DNA of 64,000 nt from Eledone cirrhosa (lineage: Eukaryota), in contig OZ024746.1 in assembly GCA_964016885.1 (NCBI GenBank), positions 59,830,001 through 59,894,000 of the forward strand. Reading direction: 5' to 3'. The notes under the pieces are model-generated. The model was not told where the DNA came from. It worked only from the letters and a program-made list of their open reading frames with translations, and did no database searches. Positions 11,603 through 24,692 of the stretch are shown one piece after another (position 1 is the stretch's first letter; every line of letters starts with the position of its first letter). Made by a program: the position numbers and the translations under genes.

Positions 11603-14062
11603 ATGCTAATCAAAGACCAACTCCCCATGTCAACCAAGAACATACCAATACCATCCAAGAATACATATGAGAAATTGCTGATCAACAGTGTAAATTCATT
11701 TATCAATAGAGTGAGATGGAGGACATTCCATTATGATAGAAACAAATCTAACAACTTGAATAATACTAACAATTTTGACTCCTTCGGCTTTAAAACCTTT
11801 AAAAGCCCCCCTCATAACACTCTACTTAACTCCTTTGAAAATGACCTAGTTAAACTAGTTAAGAACATTAAATACAATAAGCACCATATTAGAAGCAACA
11901 CCTTCTTAAACAAACTTAACACTTCTATTAGTGGATTCAAAACTAGTAATAAAATTATTGTACACGCAGATAAAACTAATAACATATACAGCCTAGATTA
12001 TATTACTTATAGAAAGTTTATATATAATGAACTACATAAAAGCTACAAAAAAACCACCTTGAAAAACTTAGAAGATATTAATGTAGAGGGTTATAATATA
12101 GTGTCTAAACTAGGACTACAGAGGCATACACAACCTTTCACTCCGAACCCCCCTAGATTCTCTCTGAAGGACCATAAGGAGAACTTCATCAGCAACCCCA
12201 CGATAAGACTTATCTGCCCTTCCAAGTCCGACATTGGTATTATCAGCAAGAAGATTTTGGATAAAATCATCCCACAAATTAAACACAAGATACACCTTAA
12301 ACAATGGGGAAATACGGGTGAAGTAATTGAATGGTTTAAGGATATCAAGAATAATAAGAACAAAAAATTTATTCAATTTGATATCAATTCATACTACACC
12401 TCTATTTCCCCTATCCTATTAAATAAGGCACTTATCATGGCCATGACCAATAGCGACCTGACTAGAGCCCAGGTTGATGTCATCCTTGCGGCCCGTAAAA
12501 CCATAATCACCTTCGAGGACCAACTATGGACACGCAAGGATACGCACAACAACTTCGACATAACCATGGGATCTAGTGACTCGGCGCAGGTCACTGATTT
12601 GGTCGGCCTATACCTCCTCAATGAAATCCATAAAGACCTCCCTTACCTCAACGGTGGTTTGTACCGCGATGATGCACTTCTACTCATAGAATATAAGAAA
12701 TTTAATATAGAAAGAACTAGAAAACAACTGCATAAGACATTCAAAAACTTTAACCTTAGTATCACCATGGACAAAAACACTAAAAATGTTAACTTCCTAG
12801 ACGCCACACTATACCTAGACTCAAAAATATATACACCCTTCCATAAGCCTAATGAGAAACTTATTTACGTAGATACCAAGTCTAATCACCCTAGATCAAT
12901 ATTAAACTCTATCTCTAAGGGGGTGTCCAATAGAATCTCTAGTCTGTCCTATGACGCAAACATATTTAGCAAAAACTCACAATATTACAATCAAGCATTA
13001 GCTAGCTCCGGCCATAATATAGAAATTGAGTTCCTACCTAAGAAAACACATAGCTACAACATCATCTCGCACAACATGTCCATGAGGAAATCTAATAATA
13101 GGAATAGCAACCACAAGTACACCAAAGCGGAGGGTGCCACCGGAAGTAACCATTACCATGGAAACTACTGTGAGGCCTTAGGAGGAAGCAACACACCAAA
13201 CACTAAAAGCAAAAATAGAAGAAGAAATAATACATTTTTCAACCCTCCTTTCAACCTAAATGTCTCCACCAACATACCTAGGGCTTTCTTCTCACTACTA
13301 GATAAAAACTTCCCTCTAGGACACAAGTACCACAACCTCTTAAACAAAAACACCATTAAAATCTCATACTCCACGACGCCTAACTTAGCATACCACATAG
13401 CTAGCAGCAATAATAGTAAAATTAGTTCTTACTTCCAACAAACAAAATCGCAACGGGATGCAAACCCTCTAAATACCACTGTAGCAAGCAACAATAGCAA
13501 CGGCAGTAACAATGGAAATAACACTAGTATAAGTAATAACACCAGGGTTGTCAACCTGAACACCCAAAATCCTATACCCACCACACAGACTTCCGCATTG
13601 CATTATAACCAGCGGACTAACGCACAGAATAATTGTAACTGTAGAGCTAATAGAACCTGCCCTTTAGATAAAAAATGCCTAACCAAGGATGTCATATACT
13701 CATGCACAGTCACGACTAATAACTCTTCAGAAACCTATGTAGGCTCCACTTCTAACTGCTTCAAAATTAGATATAACTCGCACATCCACTCGTTCAAAAA
13801 GCACAGCCTAGCCAACTCCACCTCACTTTCTAGCTACATTCACTATCTAAAATCTAAAAATAAACCATACACACTCAAATGGGAAGTGATAGGCAGCGCG
13901 ACCTCGTACAAACCACCTAATAAATTCTGTAACCTCTGTATACTAGAGACACACAATATTATCTTCTCCAACCGTAACCTACTTAACAAAAAATCTGAGG
14001 TGTTTGCAACTTGCCAGCACCGCCTCAGACATTCCTTCCAAAACTTTAAGCCCCATATATAG
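11603..14062 (+). CDS. PLE polyprotein RT + GIY-YIG (819 aa), identical to 7637..10096
   Basis: Identical translation in the ORF track. Confidence 0.95.
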   Translation: MLIKDQLPMSTKNIPIPSKNTYEKLLINSVNSFINRVRWRTFHYDRNKSNNLNNTNNFDSFGFKTFKSPPHNTLLNSFENDLVKLVKNIKYNKHHIRSNTFLNKLNTSISGFKTSNKIIVHADKTNNIYSLDYITYRKFIYNELHKSYKKTTLKNLEDINVEGYNIVSKLGLQRHTQPFTPNPPRFSLKDHKENFISNPTIRLICPSKSDIGIISKKILDKIIPQIKHKIHLKQWGNTGEVIEWFKDIKNNKNKKFIQFDINSYYTSISPILLNKALIMAMTNSDLTRAQVDVILAARKTIITFEDQLWTRKDTHNNFDITMGSSDSAQVTDLVGLYLLNEIHKDLPYLNGGLYRDDALLLIEYKKFNIERTRKQLHKTFKNFNLSITMDKNTKNVNFLDATLYLDSKIYTPFHKPNEKLIYVDTKSNHPRSILNSISKGVSNRISSLSYDANIFSKNSQYYNQALASSGHNIEIEFLPKKTHSYNIISHNMSMRKSNNRNSNHKYTKAEGATGSNHYHGNYCEALGGSNTPNTKSKNRRRNNTFFNPPFNLNVSTNIPRAFFSLLDKNFPLGHKYHNLLNKNTIKISYSTTPNLAYHIASSNNSKISSYFQQTKSQRDANPLNTTVASNNSNGSNNGNNTSISNNTRVVNLNTQNPIPTTQTSALHYNQRTNAQNNCNCRANRTCPLDKKCLTKDVIYSCTVTTNNSSETYVGSTSNCFKIRYNSHIHSFKKHSLANSTSLSSYIHYLKSKNKPYTLKWEVIGSATSYKPPNKFCNLCILETHNIIFSNRNLLNKKSEVFATCQHRLRHSFQNFKPHI

Positions 14063-14165
14063 CAATGTCGGACTGGAACCTAACACCACATCTAGCATCA
14101 AACACCAGAGACACACCCTATACTACATACCCAACACTAGCTGATACATTATAACACAAACAACG

Positions 14166-14592
14166 ACATCCCTCTGGAACCCTTCGCAGGGAAAATACCC
14201 ATTTATACCTCTACGGCAGGTGTGACAACATCCACCCACCTGGACGGCACTACGCCGCTCTAAGGGTAATTTGAGCATCAATTGATCGGTTGGATGGTGT
14301 TGGGCAGAGGAAACACCTTCCTTAGACAGATGTAAAATGATTTAATCGAGTAGCGCTGTTGACCAGTAGGACCAGGCCGCTGAGCGCAGTGAGTGAATGC
14401 AATGCAACTGCCGTGCGGGTTGTACGTATATGGATGATCTGACGGTCAGAGAGGGGTCGCGAGGACTGCGACTTGACCTTTGGCCTGCTTGGGGATGATT
14501 ATCTTTCGACATCCAATGTAGCAAGCGATGACCCGGATCTTACCAGAGATCATTGGGTCCTGAAGCAATCCTGCAATCACCGCGCCTGGTCA
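14166..14592. ncRNA. putative structured RNA island in the PLE 3' UTR (mirror copy 7107-7533)
   Basis: GC-rich block in an AT-rich UTR with more than 10 nested stems found by eye; no convincing ORF. Confidence 0.4.
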
Positions 14593-15507
14593 TATGAGCA
14601 GACTACAACCATAGAGATCATTAATTTAGAACCCTCGCTCATCATCTATAATTTCCATTTGTAGCACCTTAAGATGGGTTAATCCACCCTAATAATAATA
14701 TGATCACCTTCAGCATAATTTAGTTAAACTACTCTATAGTTAGTACACTTTATGCTTTAAAAGTCTCTCTTGGAAGGTGCACCTCACCATAGAATTTAGG
14801 GTCTATATTGAGACACATTTTAATGGCTAGATATAGAAACCCCAGAGTTACCTCCCCGCATGCATTAACTCCCCTTAGCCACACACACACTTCCGGTATT
14901 CAATGGCGTCTCTCGAAACGTAACAACCACCTGTATCGAACTAAAGAGCACCAGACTACGATCTCTAACTGGATTGTCGTGGATTATGTGAAAGGCATAT
15001 AATCGAAATATACACTCCCTTGACCATGAAAATACCGAAGTACATGAATTACTTGACATCCCTGCGCTGTGCATCTCCAATACTTATAACACTTTTAATG
15101 CTTGCACTATCTTTAATGCTTATAATATTTCTCCACACACAGACTATATCAATCATATAAAGACTTTGCCACCAGATCTACCAACCTAACACTCTTATTT
15201 ACCTACCTAAGTGCCTCTACCACACATATCTCTCTGCCACACTATATAAACAAGACGCACATGCGTGCCACACATATAACATTTGCACTATATAACCACT
15301 TATCTTCATGTTGTACTTTAACCTATATCTTTGATTTTTTTGATTGTACCTATTAATATAAATGTAATCTCGAAGTGTGTACTGCCACTCTAAATTCTGT
15401 AATGAATGTTGACCCACAATGTTTGAATATGTATCAATGTTTGAATATGTATTGGTATGTCTCTCGGCTGAAAAGGAGGTCATATAACTGTCCATGCATT
15501 AATAAAT

Positions 15508-15554
15508 TGCTCCGAAGAATCCAAACCTCGGTTTGGAGGAAACAGCTGTAAGCA
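15508..15554 (+). ncRNA. type-I hammerhead ribozyme, CCGAAGA core variant (family C, copy 3)
   Basis: tgct-CCGAAGA-a-tccaaac[ctcg]gtttgga-g-GAAA-cagctg-TA-agca. Palindromic stem III, as in dimer-acting PLE hammerheads; predicted cut after 15550. Confidence 0.75.
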
Positions 15555-15585
15555 CAATAATGTTTTGAACAGTTCTTTGATTCAT

Positions 15586-15636
<51 letters not shown>

Positions 15637-15791
15637 TATATATATAGCACAATAAATTAACGGAGCCATAGACTCTCGCCATTCCCTGTAAATAATGTGC
15701 TCAAAGGAGAGGAAATACACTGCTGGTTTTTCTCTGTTTTATTGATAGCGCACTGTATCTCTCTCTAGTGTGTTACCTTTTCAACATATTG

Positions 15792-15829
<38 letters not shown>

Positions 15830-16336
15830 GTGGGGCAATATATATACATATATATATATATAATATATATATAAAATTATTATACATATAAAAATACATA
15901 TATATACATACATACATACATACATACTTACATACATACATACATACATACTTACATACATACATACATAGATACGTGGCATTTACTTTTTTTCTATTGT
16001 CCTAATATTATGGTAGCTTGCGTTGTTTTGTTAGATTTGCAAATGTTTATGCTTTCAGCTATTATAACAGGGCAAGGTAGTTTCACTAATGAGACAGCTG
16101 TTCCATACAGTAGCAAAGGCCAATAACCACTGTCACTAACAAACACATACACACCATGCGTGCGTGTGCGTGTGTTTATGTATGTATATATGTACATTAT
16201 ACACATACATCTGAATATATCACACGTGCTTGCCTCCTGTCTAATATTTTCCAGTTTTATTTCTATTCTTATTCTTATTTATCTTCCTATTTCTTATTTT
16301 CTTTCCCAAACATTCTCACTTTTATCTCTTATTCTA

Positions 16337-16372
16337 TCTTCCGATGAAGGACTAACGTCCGAAACGCTACGA
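16337..16372 (+). ncRNA. decayed minimal hammerhead (family D)
   Basis: tctt-CCGATGA-a-ggac[taac]gtcc-GAAA-cg..; the 3' part is mutated relative to 62423-62458. Another decayed copy at 4325-4355(-). Confidence 0.5.
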
Positions 16373-16621
16373 CTCTTTGGCTAGTATTTTATAGCGTTAA
16401 ATTAATATATATCTTCTTGGTATTGTATTGTTCTCTTGTGTTATTTTTCCTTGTTAACTTTTTTACATGTAGGCATATATGTGTGTGTGGGCGGGGGGGG
16501 GGTAGTCTAATGTTTTCCATCTTTTCACAGTTAACCTTTTGCACACTTTACAATATCATTTGTCTTAATTCATAAGTATGTTGTTTATTTATTGCTAGTA
16601 GTAATATTTATGTATATATAG

Positions 16622-16735
<114 letters not shown>

Positions 16736-16776
16736 ATATTAAATAAATGGAAACTATATTCATAAAACCATATTTA

Positions 16777-16833
16777 TTCTATTATATATATTTCAAGGGT
16801 ACCAAAATTTTGGTACGCTATCATCAGATAAAA
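16777..16833 (-). ncRNA. type-I hammerhead (family E) in a TA-flanked cassette 16733-16997
   Basis: Minus strand: ttttat-CTGATGA-tagcgtacc[aaaatttt]ggtaccctt-GAAA-tatata-TA-atagaa. Confidence 0.6.
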
Positions 16834-17624
16834 TACAAAATGTTTTATAAATATCTGACATAACTAAGGATAATATACCTTAATGGTTCAAGTTATCCCT
16901 GTATATTATACTCCAGAAAAGCTGTTGAGTGCTCTAAATCAGTTATAAACATTTATATTTGTTGAATTACCAACAAATTGGATATACCTTCTGCTTTTAT
17001 ATATATATATATATATATATATCAGTTTTTGTTTGAAGATACCTGTAAATGTTCCTTTCCGTTTTTTTAATGTGTGTGTTTTTGTGTATGTATGTGTATT
17101 TGTTTGTGCGCGTGTGTGTATGTGTGTGTGTGTGTGTGATATTGTCTCACAGGCATACCACCAACAAAGCAGTTCTCCAAACTGTTGTACATGACAAGTG
17201 TAATACCAACAAAATGTACGAAATTGCACGACCATCAAATTCCAACACACCCGGATTTTCAGATTGTATTGATTTATTTATTTTCACAAATACTTTCATA
17301 CTTTACACCAATCTTTGGGTGAATGTTGTTATTAACATGGCGACAATATCTAGGTAGGTGACGTTATTTTGATGTTTAAAGGGAAATGATTTATAAAATA
17401 CATTTTCATGTTTTACAGTACTCTTTGGTAGAACGTAATTTTTAGAAATGATACAAAAATATACATAATATTTTAATTTCATTTAAACTAAACCAAACTA
17501 AACTGGAATAAATTAAGTTGAATTAAATCAATATTTTTGTCCATTCAGAATTGGTTTCAACTTTTCAATAACATTATTTTCTTTGACCTTTCTTTTAACC
17601 TCTCTTAACACGTATTATATTGGA

Positions 17625-17938
17625 TCTCCGTCGGTTCCAACAACGAATATTGCAGTTGTTCTAACTGAGGATCTATTTGCTCGTGAAATCAGTGTGTAAG
17701 TGGCTTAGCATTCCACAGACACGCATACCCAGAAATAGTTCTCAGGGTGATTCAGTGTAACAGTGTGACAAGGGAAGTCATTTGAATCACAGGTACAATC
17801 ATTTTATTTTTTTTTGTTTATTTTTTCGGCTGAGTAAACTGGAATAACATTAAATAGAATACTTTGCTGAAGGACACAACGCACCGCCAGAGATCGAAAT
17901 CATGCCCTTACGATCGTGAGCCAAACACTTTAACCAGT
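17625..17938 (-). mobile_element. tRNA-derived SINE, diverged
   Basis: Homologous to 59929-60234, with a B-box-like gtttcgatc/ggttcgat head and a tgtgtcctt.agcaa body on the minus strand. Confidence 0.65.
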
Positions 17939-18632
17939 CAATAACAAAAGTAAGATAAGCTTCTTCTCTTGTTGTTGATTATACCTTCTTTTCTTTGCAA
18001 AATAATCTCACACGAACGAATGATATTATTGCTATTATTTTGTTGTTGTTGTTGTCGTCGTCGTTGCTGTTGTTTTATTTATTTTTCTTATGTTATTATA
18101 ATCTGGTCGTCGTAAATAGCTGCCGGGCCGAGCAAAAGCGAGCGAGATCTGTTACTTCAGTGTTTCTTCAGAAAAATATATAAATGTCAAAACCAAGATG
18201 GATTCCGAAAAAAGCAGATGCGAAATAAAAAGCGCTACTTTATCACCTGATGATCTAATAATGTATCGTATTATGTGAGAAATTCAAACAAATTACTCAC
18301 TATTTTTGCTGTATATCTGATGGCTGTTTCGGATTTAATCTGATCAAAAAGTTACATTCATTATGATGTAATGAAATTTTGAAGTCGAATTATTCAATTA
18401 TGAAATGAAACGAGAGAGAGGGGCAGAGAGAGAAGGAGCAAAGTAGACTGGCAACATTACTAACAGCAACACACAGACAAAAACAACAGTAACATACCAG
18501 CAACACAACTAACAAAAACAACATCACTAACAGAAAGACACCAACAACAACAACACTAACAGCAGCTCCACAACACACTAACGTCAACCCACAAACAATA
18601 GCAACATACTAGCAACAAAATCATAACACTTG

Positions 18633-18752
<120 letters not shown>

Positions 18753-19174
18753 CATGTTTCTGAAGATTTACTTTTTAAAAATAAGTCAAATATTTTGTCA
18801 CTTTTGTCGCAATTATTTCATATTTACAGCCTTAATTCTGTTTGTTTGTTGTGATGGTGGATGGGTTCGGTGGGGGTGGTCATGTCACGTGGCTTTAAGC
18901 GAGGAAAAAAGAACGACACGTGGTTTCGTTCCATCACACAAAGTTGTTTTATCTCCGACACTGATAAGAATGGGGAATCTGTTATCGGAAAGAAAAAAGA
19001 AAATTTCTTTCCCAAGGCCAAGCACTAGAGATGTCATGGACCCAGGTTCATTCGATGCGTTTTATTTGCGTGTATATATATATATATGTGTGTATGTGTG
19101 TGTGTATGTGTATATGTCTCTGTGTAAATATGTATGCATATATATATGTATATGTATGTATATATATATATGTG

Positions 19175-19290
<116 letters not shown>

Positions 19291-19333
19291 CATATATATA
19301 TACATATATATACATATATGTATATATACATGT

Positions 19334-19401
<68 letters not shown>

Positions 19402-19404
19402 CAT

Positions 19405-19481
<77 letters not shown>

Positions 19482-19751
19482 GCGCATGTGGTTGATTGGT
19501 GCTTCAAGGTGAGAGGACTACTTCTGTAATGTAATAATAATCAGAAGAAAAAAAAATATGAAATGTGTGAAATGAAAAACGCAAAAATCTTAAAAAGCAG
19601 AAAAATTAAAAATATAAAATATTTTTAAATTATATATAAATTCAAGAAATCAATAATAATAATTTTTTAAATGGAAATAAACAAAAAACAACAAATATTA
19701 AAAACAACAACAACGATGACGACAACAACGACGACGACAACAACAACAACG

Positions 19752-19784
<33 letters not shown>

Positions 19785-20204
19785 ACAACGACAACAACAA
19801 CAACAACAACGACGACAACAAAACGATTCAAAAATATATCAAGTACAAAACAACAATAACATAGATATTATTTGATAGAAGCACTATATAATAAAATGTA
19901 TTAAGATAATGAAAGCGATAACAGGATAACTAATATGAAATATTAAATATTTTCTGAAAACTTTCCAGAATTACCTCCCTTAACCCAACCACACTACATC
20001 CCAATCAAATACAAACACAAACGCAAAACAAGACAATGTTGTTTAATATTGAAGGTGTAGTTTATTTTATTGTTGTTCAGTGATCAAAACAATAAAATCA
20101 CACTTTAATAAAATATATAAAGATGACGTAAGCGATAACAGGGTATCTAATATGGAATGCAAGTGTTGATATATTTTTGTGTGTGTGTGCGCTCGCGCGC
20201 GTGT

Positions 20205-20304
<100 letters not shown>

Positions 20305-20520
20305 AAAAGTTCTATTTAAATTGTTGGGATACAACAAGCAAATATTTTTATAACTGATATAAAGCACTCAACAAATAATTGGAGTAAAAATACGATATTA
20401 ACAAATGGAAACAATATTTATAAAACCATATTTATTTCATTATACATATTTCAAGGACACCAAGTTAAATTATCTTTAAGGGTATGTCAATATTTATTTA
20501 TAAAACTGCTCTATATTATA

Positions 20521-20581
20521 TTTTATCTGATGAAAGCACACCATAATTTAACTTGGTGTCCTTGAAATATGTATAATGAAA
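20521..20581 (+). ncRNA. type-I hammerhead (family E) in fold-back cassette 20305-20626
   Basis: ttttat-CTGATGA-aagcacacca[..]tggtgtcctt-GAAA-tatgta-TA-atgaaa; arms 20390-20473 and 20543-20626 are inverted repeats. Confidence 0.72.
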
Positions 20582-20622
20582 TAAATATGGTTTTATAAAT
20601 ATAGTTTCCATTTGTTAATATC

Positions 20623-20724
<102 letters not shown>

Positions 20725-21040
20725 AATGAAAAATAGAGATATTAATATGAGCAAGAAGCCAACAGTATTTCATAAGTGACTATAACGTCAAGATGGAAAA
20801 TATATATTATATATATATATTATATATATATATAATTGATTGTATATATGTGTATATATGTGTGTAGGAGTATATAATTATAAGGATTTCCTTTCTAATA
20901 CATATACGTTTGTCTTTCACGTGTGTTTATTCATGTGTATGTATGTCTCTCTCTCTCTATATATATATATATATGTATGTGTGTATGTATGTGTGTATAT
21001 GTATGTATATATATATATATATATATATATACATACATAC

Positions 21041-21121
<81 letters not shown>

Positions 21122-21203
21122 ATATATATATATGAATGTTTATATATGTATGTATGTGTATATGTATGTATGGGCTTGTGTGGGTATATCTGCTTGTGTG
21201 TAT

Positions 21204-21236
<33 letters not shown>

Positions 21237-21335
21237 TGTGTATGTATGTATATATATATGTGTGTTGGTATATGTATATATATATATATATACTGTATGT
21301 ATATAGTTATGTAATAAACAACATAAGATAATTAT

Positions 21336-21396
21336 TTCATTTACCAGTGGTTTCTTGAAGGCAGATGTTGTGTCTGTCTTCAGTCGTCAGAATGAA
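21336..21396 (-). ncRNA. type-I hammerhead (family F)
   Basis: Minus strand: ttcatt-CTGACGA-c-tgaagacaga[..]tctgccttca-a-GAAA-ccactgg-TA-aatgaa; perfect 6-bp stem I. Confidence 0.72.
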
Positions 21397-21836
21397 TTAA
21401 AAAAACATGGTGTTTTTATTAAATATGGATTTGAAAACAAAATTCAGGAAATATGAAAGTGAGGCTGAAAAAAACGGGCGAAAAGGAAATAGGGGAAAAA
21501 AATATAAAAAATATATATATAAAAAAATAAATATCCAGAACATAAACATACACACACTCAACTACGCGCATATACGTAATAGTACGTAGACGTATACTTT
21601 CTCACATAAGCGTATTTGCGTCTACATAGAAATACGAACAGGAACATAAATACATACACATACATATACACAGATATATATATATGCACTCTTATTACAT
21701 AACTAATAAGCTCTGTAACCTACATAGAGCACTCTTTTTTCCTGTACCTTTCCGACGGAAAAACTTCATTTACACACACATATATACATATATTATTTAC
21801 TTGCAAACCGCCAGAGATTCGATTTTACTGATTTCC

Positions 21837-21867
<31 letters not shown>

Positions 21868-22101
21868 CCCACTCTACTAAGCTAAGTATTGAGTACTTTG
21901 GTGCGTTATTGTCCACCTGGTTCCTTACCACATTTCCTCCGTTATATATATATATATATATATATATTTTGTTTAGTAAGATTCTTTATCTGAAAACGTG
22001 TGTTGAAACCGATATAGTTATACTTTGGGAGGGTCATGTTGCCAATAAGATGGCGTAGGACAGAACAAAGGAGAGGCACAAAACAAAGAAAAGAATCCCC
22101 A

Positions 22102-22144
22102 GTCACTGAAGAAGCCACAGAATGTGTGACGAAAGAACTTTGAC
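22102..22144 (+). ncRNA. minimal hammerhead (family A) in cassette 21968-22306
   Basis: gtca-CTGAAGA-a-gccaca[gaatg]tgtgac-GAAA-gaac-TT-tgac. Confidence 0.65.
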
Positions 22145-22386
22145 AATATATGAACAATCGTCCGGTTGTGGAAACAACCAGCCAACCGGAAATTTATAAA
22201 TCTTTTGAAAAAAAAGAAGATTTTTTAAATTTATAATAAATTGGAGTGAAGCATCTGTTGCGTGTGTTTCTTATTGGCAACATGACCCTCCCAAAGTATA
22301 ACAATATATATATATAAATTTGTTGAGTGCTTTATATCAGTTATAAAAATATTTGCTTGTTGTATCCCAACAATTTGAATAGAACT

Positions 22387-22426
<40 letters not shown>

Positions 22427-22509
22427 GTAGGAGGTGCGTTTTATTGTAGTACAATAAAGCAATGCAGATATCGGATAAGAAGCACTCTACAGTTTGTGGG
22501 ACTGGAGTA

Positions 22510-24372
22510 TGCATAATATAAGATCAAACATCAAATTTTCGTATTCTACATCCTCCAATATTTCCAACATCATCTCTAAACACAACAACAAAATATTAAA
22601 TACTAAATCTCTTCCTTCCAATATCGAATTTCATAATAACAGTAATAGTACTCCCGACGTCATTGTAAACCCTAGGCTAACTTCTGTAAACCCAAATACA
22701 ACGTCAAACACAACTTCGCTAAATGTTCATAATCCAACTCTAAATCAAGAAACTATTATTCCTATTATTCCTATCGCAAACAACTTCTCCAATCCAATTC
22801 CTTCTATAGATAACACTAGATCACTCATTAATAATCTCTCTAATTGCAACTGCCGCATCAAAAATAAATGTCCTCTCAACAACCATTGCCTCGATAAAAA
22901 CTTAATTTATGAATGTAAATTTATAACTAGCACCAATTCCTTCACCTATTTTGGCTCCACTTCCACCTCTTTTAAAGCTCGTCTCTATAATCATCATTCA
23001 TCTTTCAAATACAAACTTAAAAGAACTAACACTGCTCTCTCAGAACTCATATGGTCCTTAAAAGACAAAAACATTAAATATAACATCCTTTGGAAAAAGA
23101 TTTCTTCTGCATCCTCATACTTGAACAGCTCTCTATCTAAAATCTGTAATCTCTGCCTAAATGAAAAATTTACCATTATCTCTAACCTAGATTCTATAAT
23201 AAACAGACGCTCAGATTTGTTTTCTATCTGCCTGCATAAATTCCATAGAACTTTTCACAAAGTATACAGTTAATATTCAATTCTTTATCAATTTAGAATC
23301 TTTTCTCAAAGGCACATATACATACACCTCTTTAAAATATACCCATCTACCTTACCTTACTTTAAAGGGCATTATACACTCTATAATACTCGTTTACTCA
23401 TTACCCTCATTCTATCTTCTCGTAAAATAATAACATTTGTTTTTGACATTTTGAATATTCATCCGCAATCATTATTATTTTTTCTCTCTATCATAAATCT
23501 TTTTAATCTCAATTTCATCCTTAATTTATTATTATTTTTTTCTCCCCATCAACGAACTCATTATTAATACATATCAATTCAATATACAAACTTTAACTTC
23601 ACATTATTTTTCTCAAATCCTTCTACACACAAACCATAACAACTTTTCTCTTCGCTAATTTTGAAATTGCCACAATACATACATTTCTTCTTTTGACGTT
23701 AGAATATTCACCCACAATTATTATTTTTTTCTCTCTATCTTCATACATAATTTCCCTTCGTTAATTTTCAAATTCCTTTAATTTATACATTATCTTCCAA
23801 CGGTTCCCAACCTCTCTATATTAAAACAATATATCTTTTTCTCAGTTATAAAAACTATCTCTTTCTCTCTATCACCCATCTCTCCCTCTCCACCTTCACT
23901 CTCATCTCCTCCCCCCTTTTTTTCATCCTTTCCACCCCACCCCCCACCCCCTCCCTAAATAAAATATTTTTTCCTCGCACATATCCTCCCTTCGTTAATT
24001 TTCAAAATTTTTAATTTATACAGTATCTTCCAACGGTTTTCAACCCCTCTATGTAAAAAATATATCTCCTCTCAGTTATAAAAACTATCTCTTTCTCTCT
24101 ATCACCCATCTCTCCCTCTCATCTCCTTCCCTTTTCATCCTTTCCCCCCCCCCTCTCTAAATAAAATATTTTTCCCAATATCACACATCAATCTAAAACC
24201 ACTTTTCATATGTTGATTTAAAACTGCACTATCAACAAGTGTTTTTTAGCCTTCATATCATGTTCTCCTGTTTTATCTGATGAAAACACAAATATTATTG
24301 CTTGATGATGTTTGTTTTTGAAATGCGCATAATAAAATATATGGAACTCCTTTAACCATCTTTTGATCTTAT
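22510..24372 (+). mobile_element. 5'-truncated PLE (second family): endonuclease domain, ~1.1-kb 3' UTR and hammerhead
   Basis: ORF 22494..23273 has IKFSYS, CNCRIKNKCPLNNHC, LIY..YFG, KARLYNH, CNLCLNE. A ~235-bp tandem duplication lies in the UTR (about 23753-23970 and 23987-24175). Confidence 0.85.
24271..24337 (+). ncRNA. type-I hammerhead at the 3' end of the second PLE (family E-like)
   Basis: ttttat-CTGATGA-aaacacaaata[..]tgtttgttttt-GAAA-tgcgca-TA-ataaaa; perfect stem I and palindromic stem III. Confidence 0.8.
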
Positions 24373-24594
24373 ATTATATATATATATATATATATATTAA
24401 TATATTAATAAAAGGAATTCCAACTTTGTCTGATTTACTCGTTTTATTTACAATCCTTTAAAATGTATAATGGTATTAGAATGAAATAGTATGGTAGAAT
24501 ATTAAATGTTAAGTGTTAATTGAACAAGTACTTTCATGCTTTCGCAATCTTCAGGTTCATATTCTGTGGTGACAGTCAAGTTTTCAATTTTCAA

Positions 24595-24657
<63 letters not shown>

Positions 24658-24692
24658 AGTAAGTATGTTTTGAAACAGTGAGCAGGTTTGAA

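Larger units (their letters stand above)
11478..15597 (+). mobile_element. Penelope-like element, right (inverted) arm
   Basis: Reverse complement of 6102-10221 (paired coordinates sum to 21699); runs into (TA)n. Confidence 0.93.

Noticed and set aside
14060-14083. Stop read-through context TAG-CAA at the end of the PLE ORF
   Set aside because: Does not match CARYYA, and a TAA follows six codons later.
14525-14566. SECIS element (some Naiad PLEs encode selenoproteins)
   Set aside because: The ATGA...CTGA hairpin lacks an apical AA motif and proper helix length, and the ORF has no in-frame TGA.
14348-14629. U3 snoRNA-like words (gtagcg, ctgagcg, gcaactgccgt, gatgatc, agacta..gatcatt)
   Set aside because: Resemblance is from memory and the box A-like word is out of order. 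Not called without an Rfam search.
18243-18290. CTGATGA...GAAA at 18248
   Set aside because: No stem I or stem III complementarity; probably chance.
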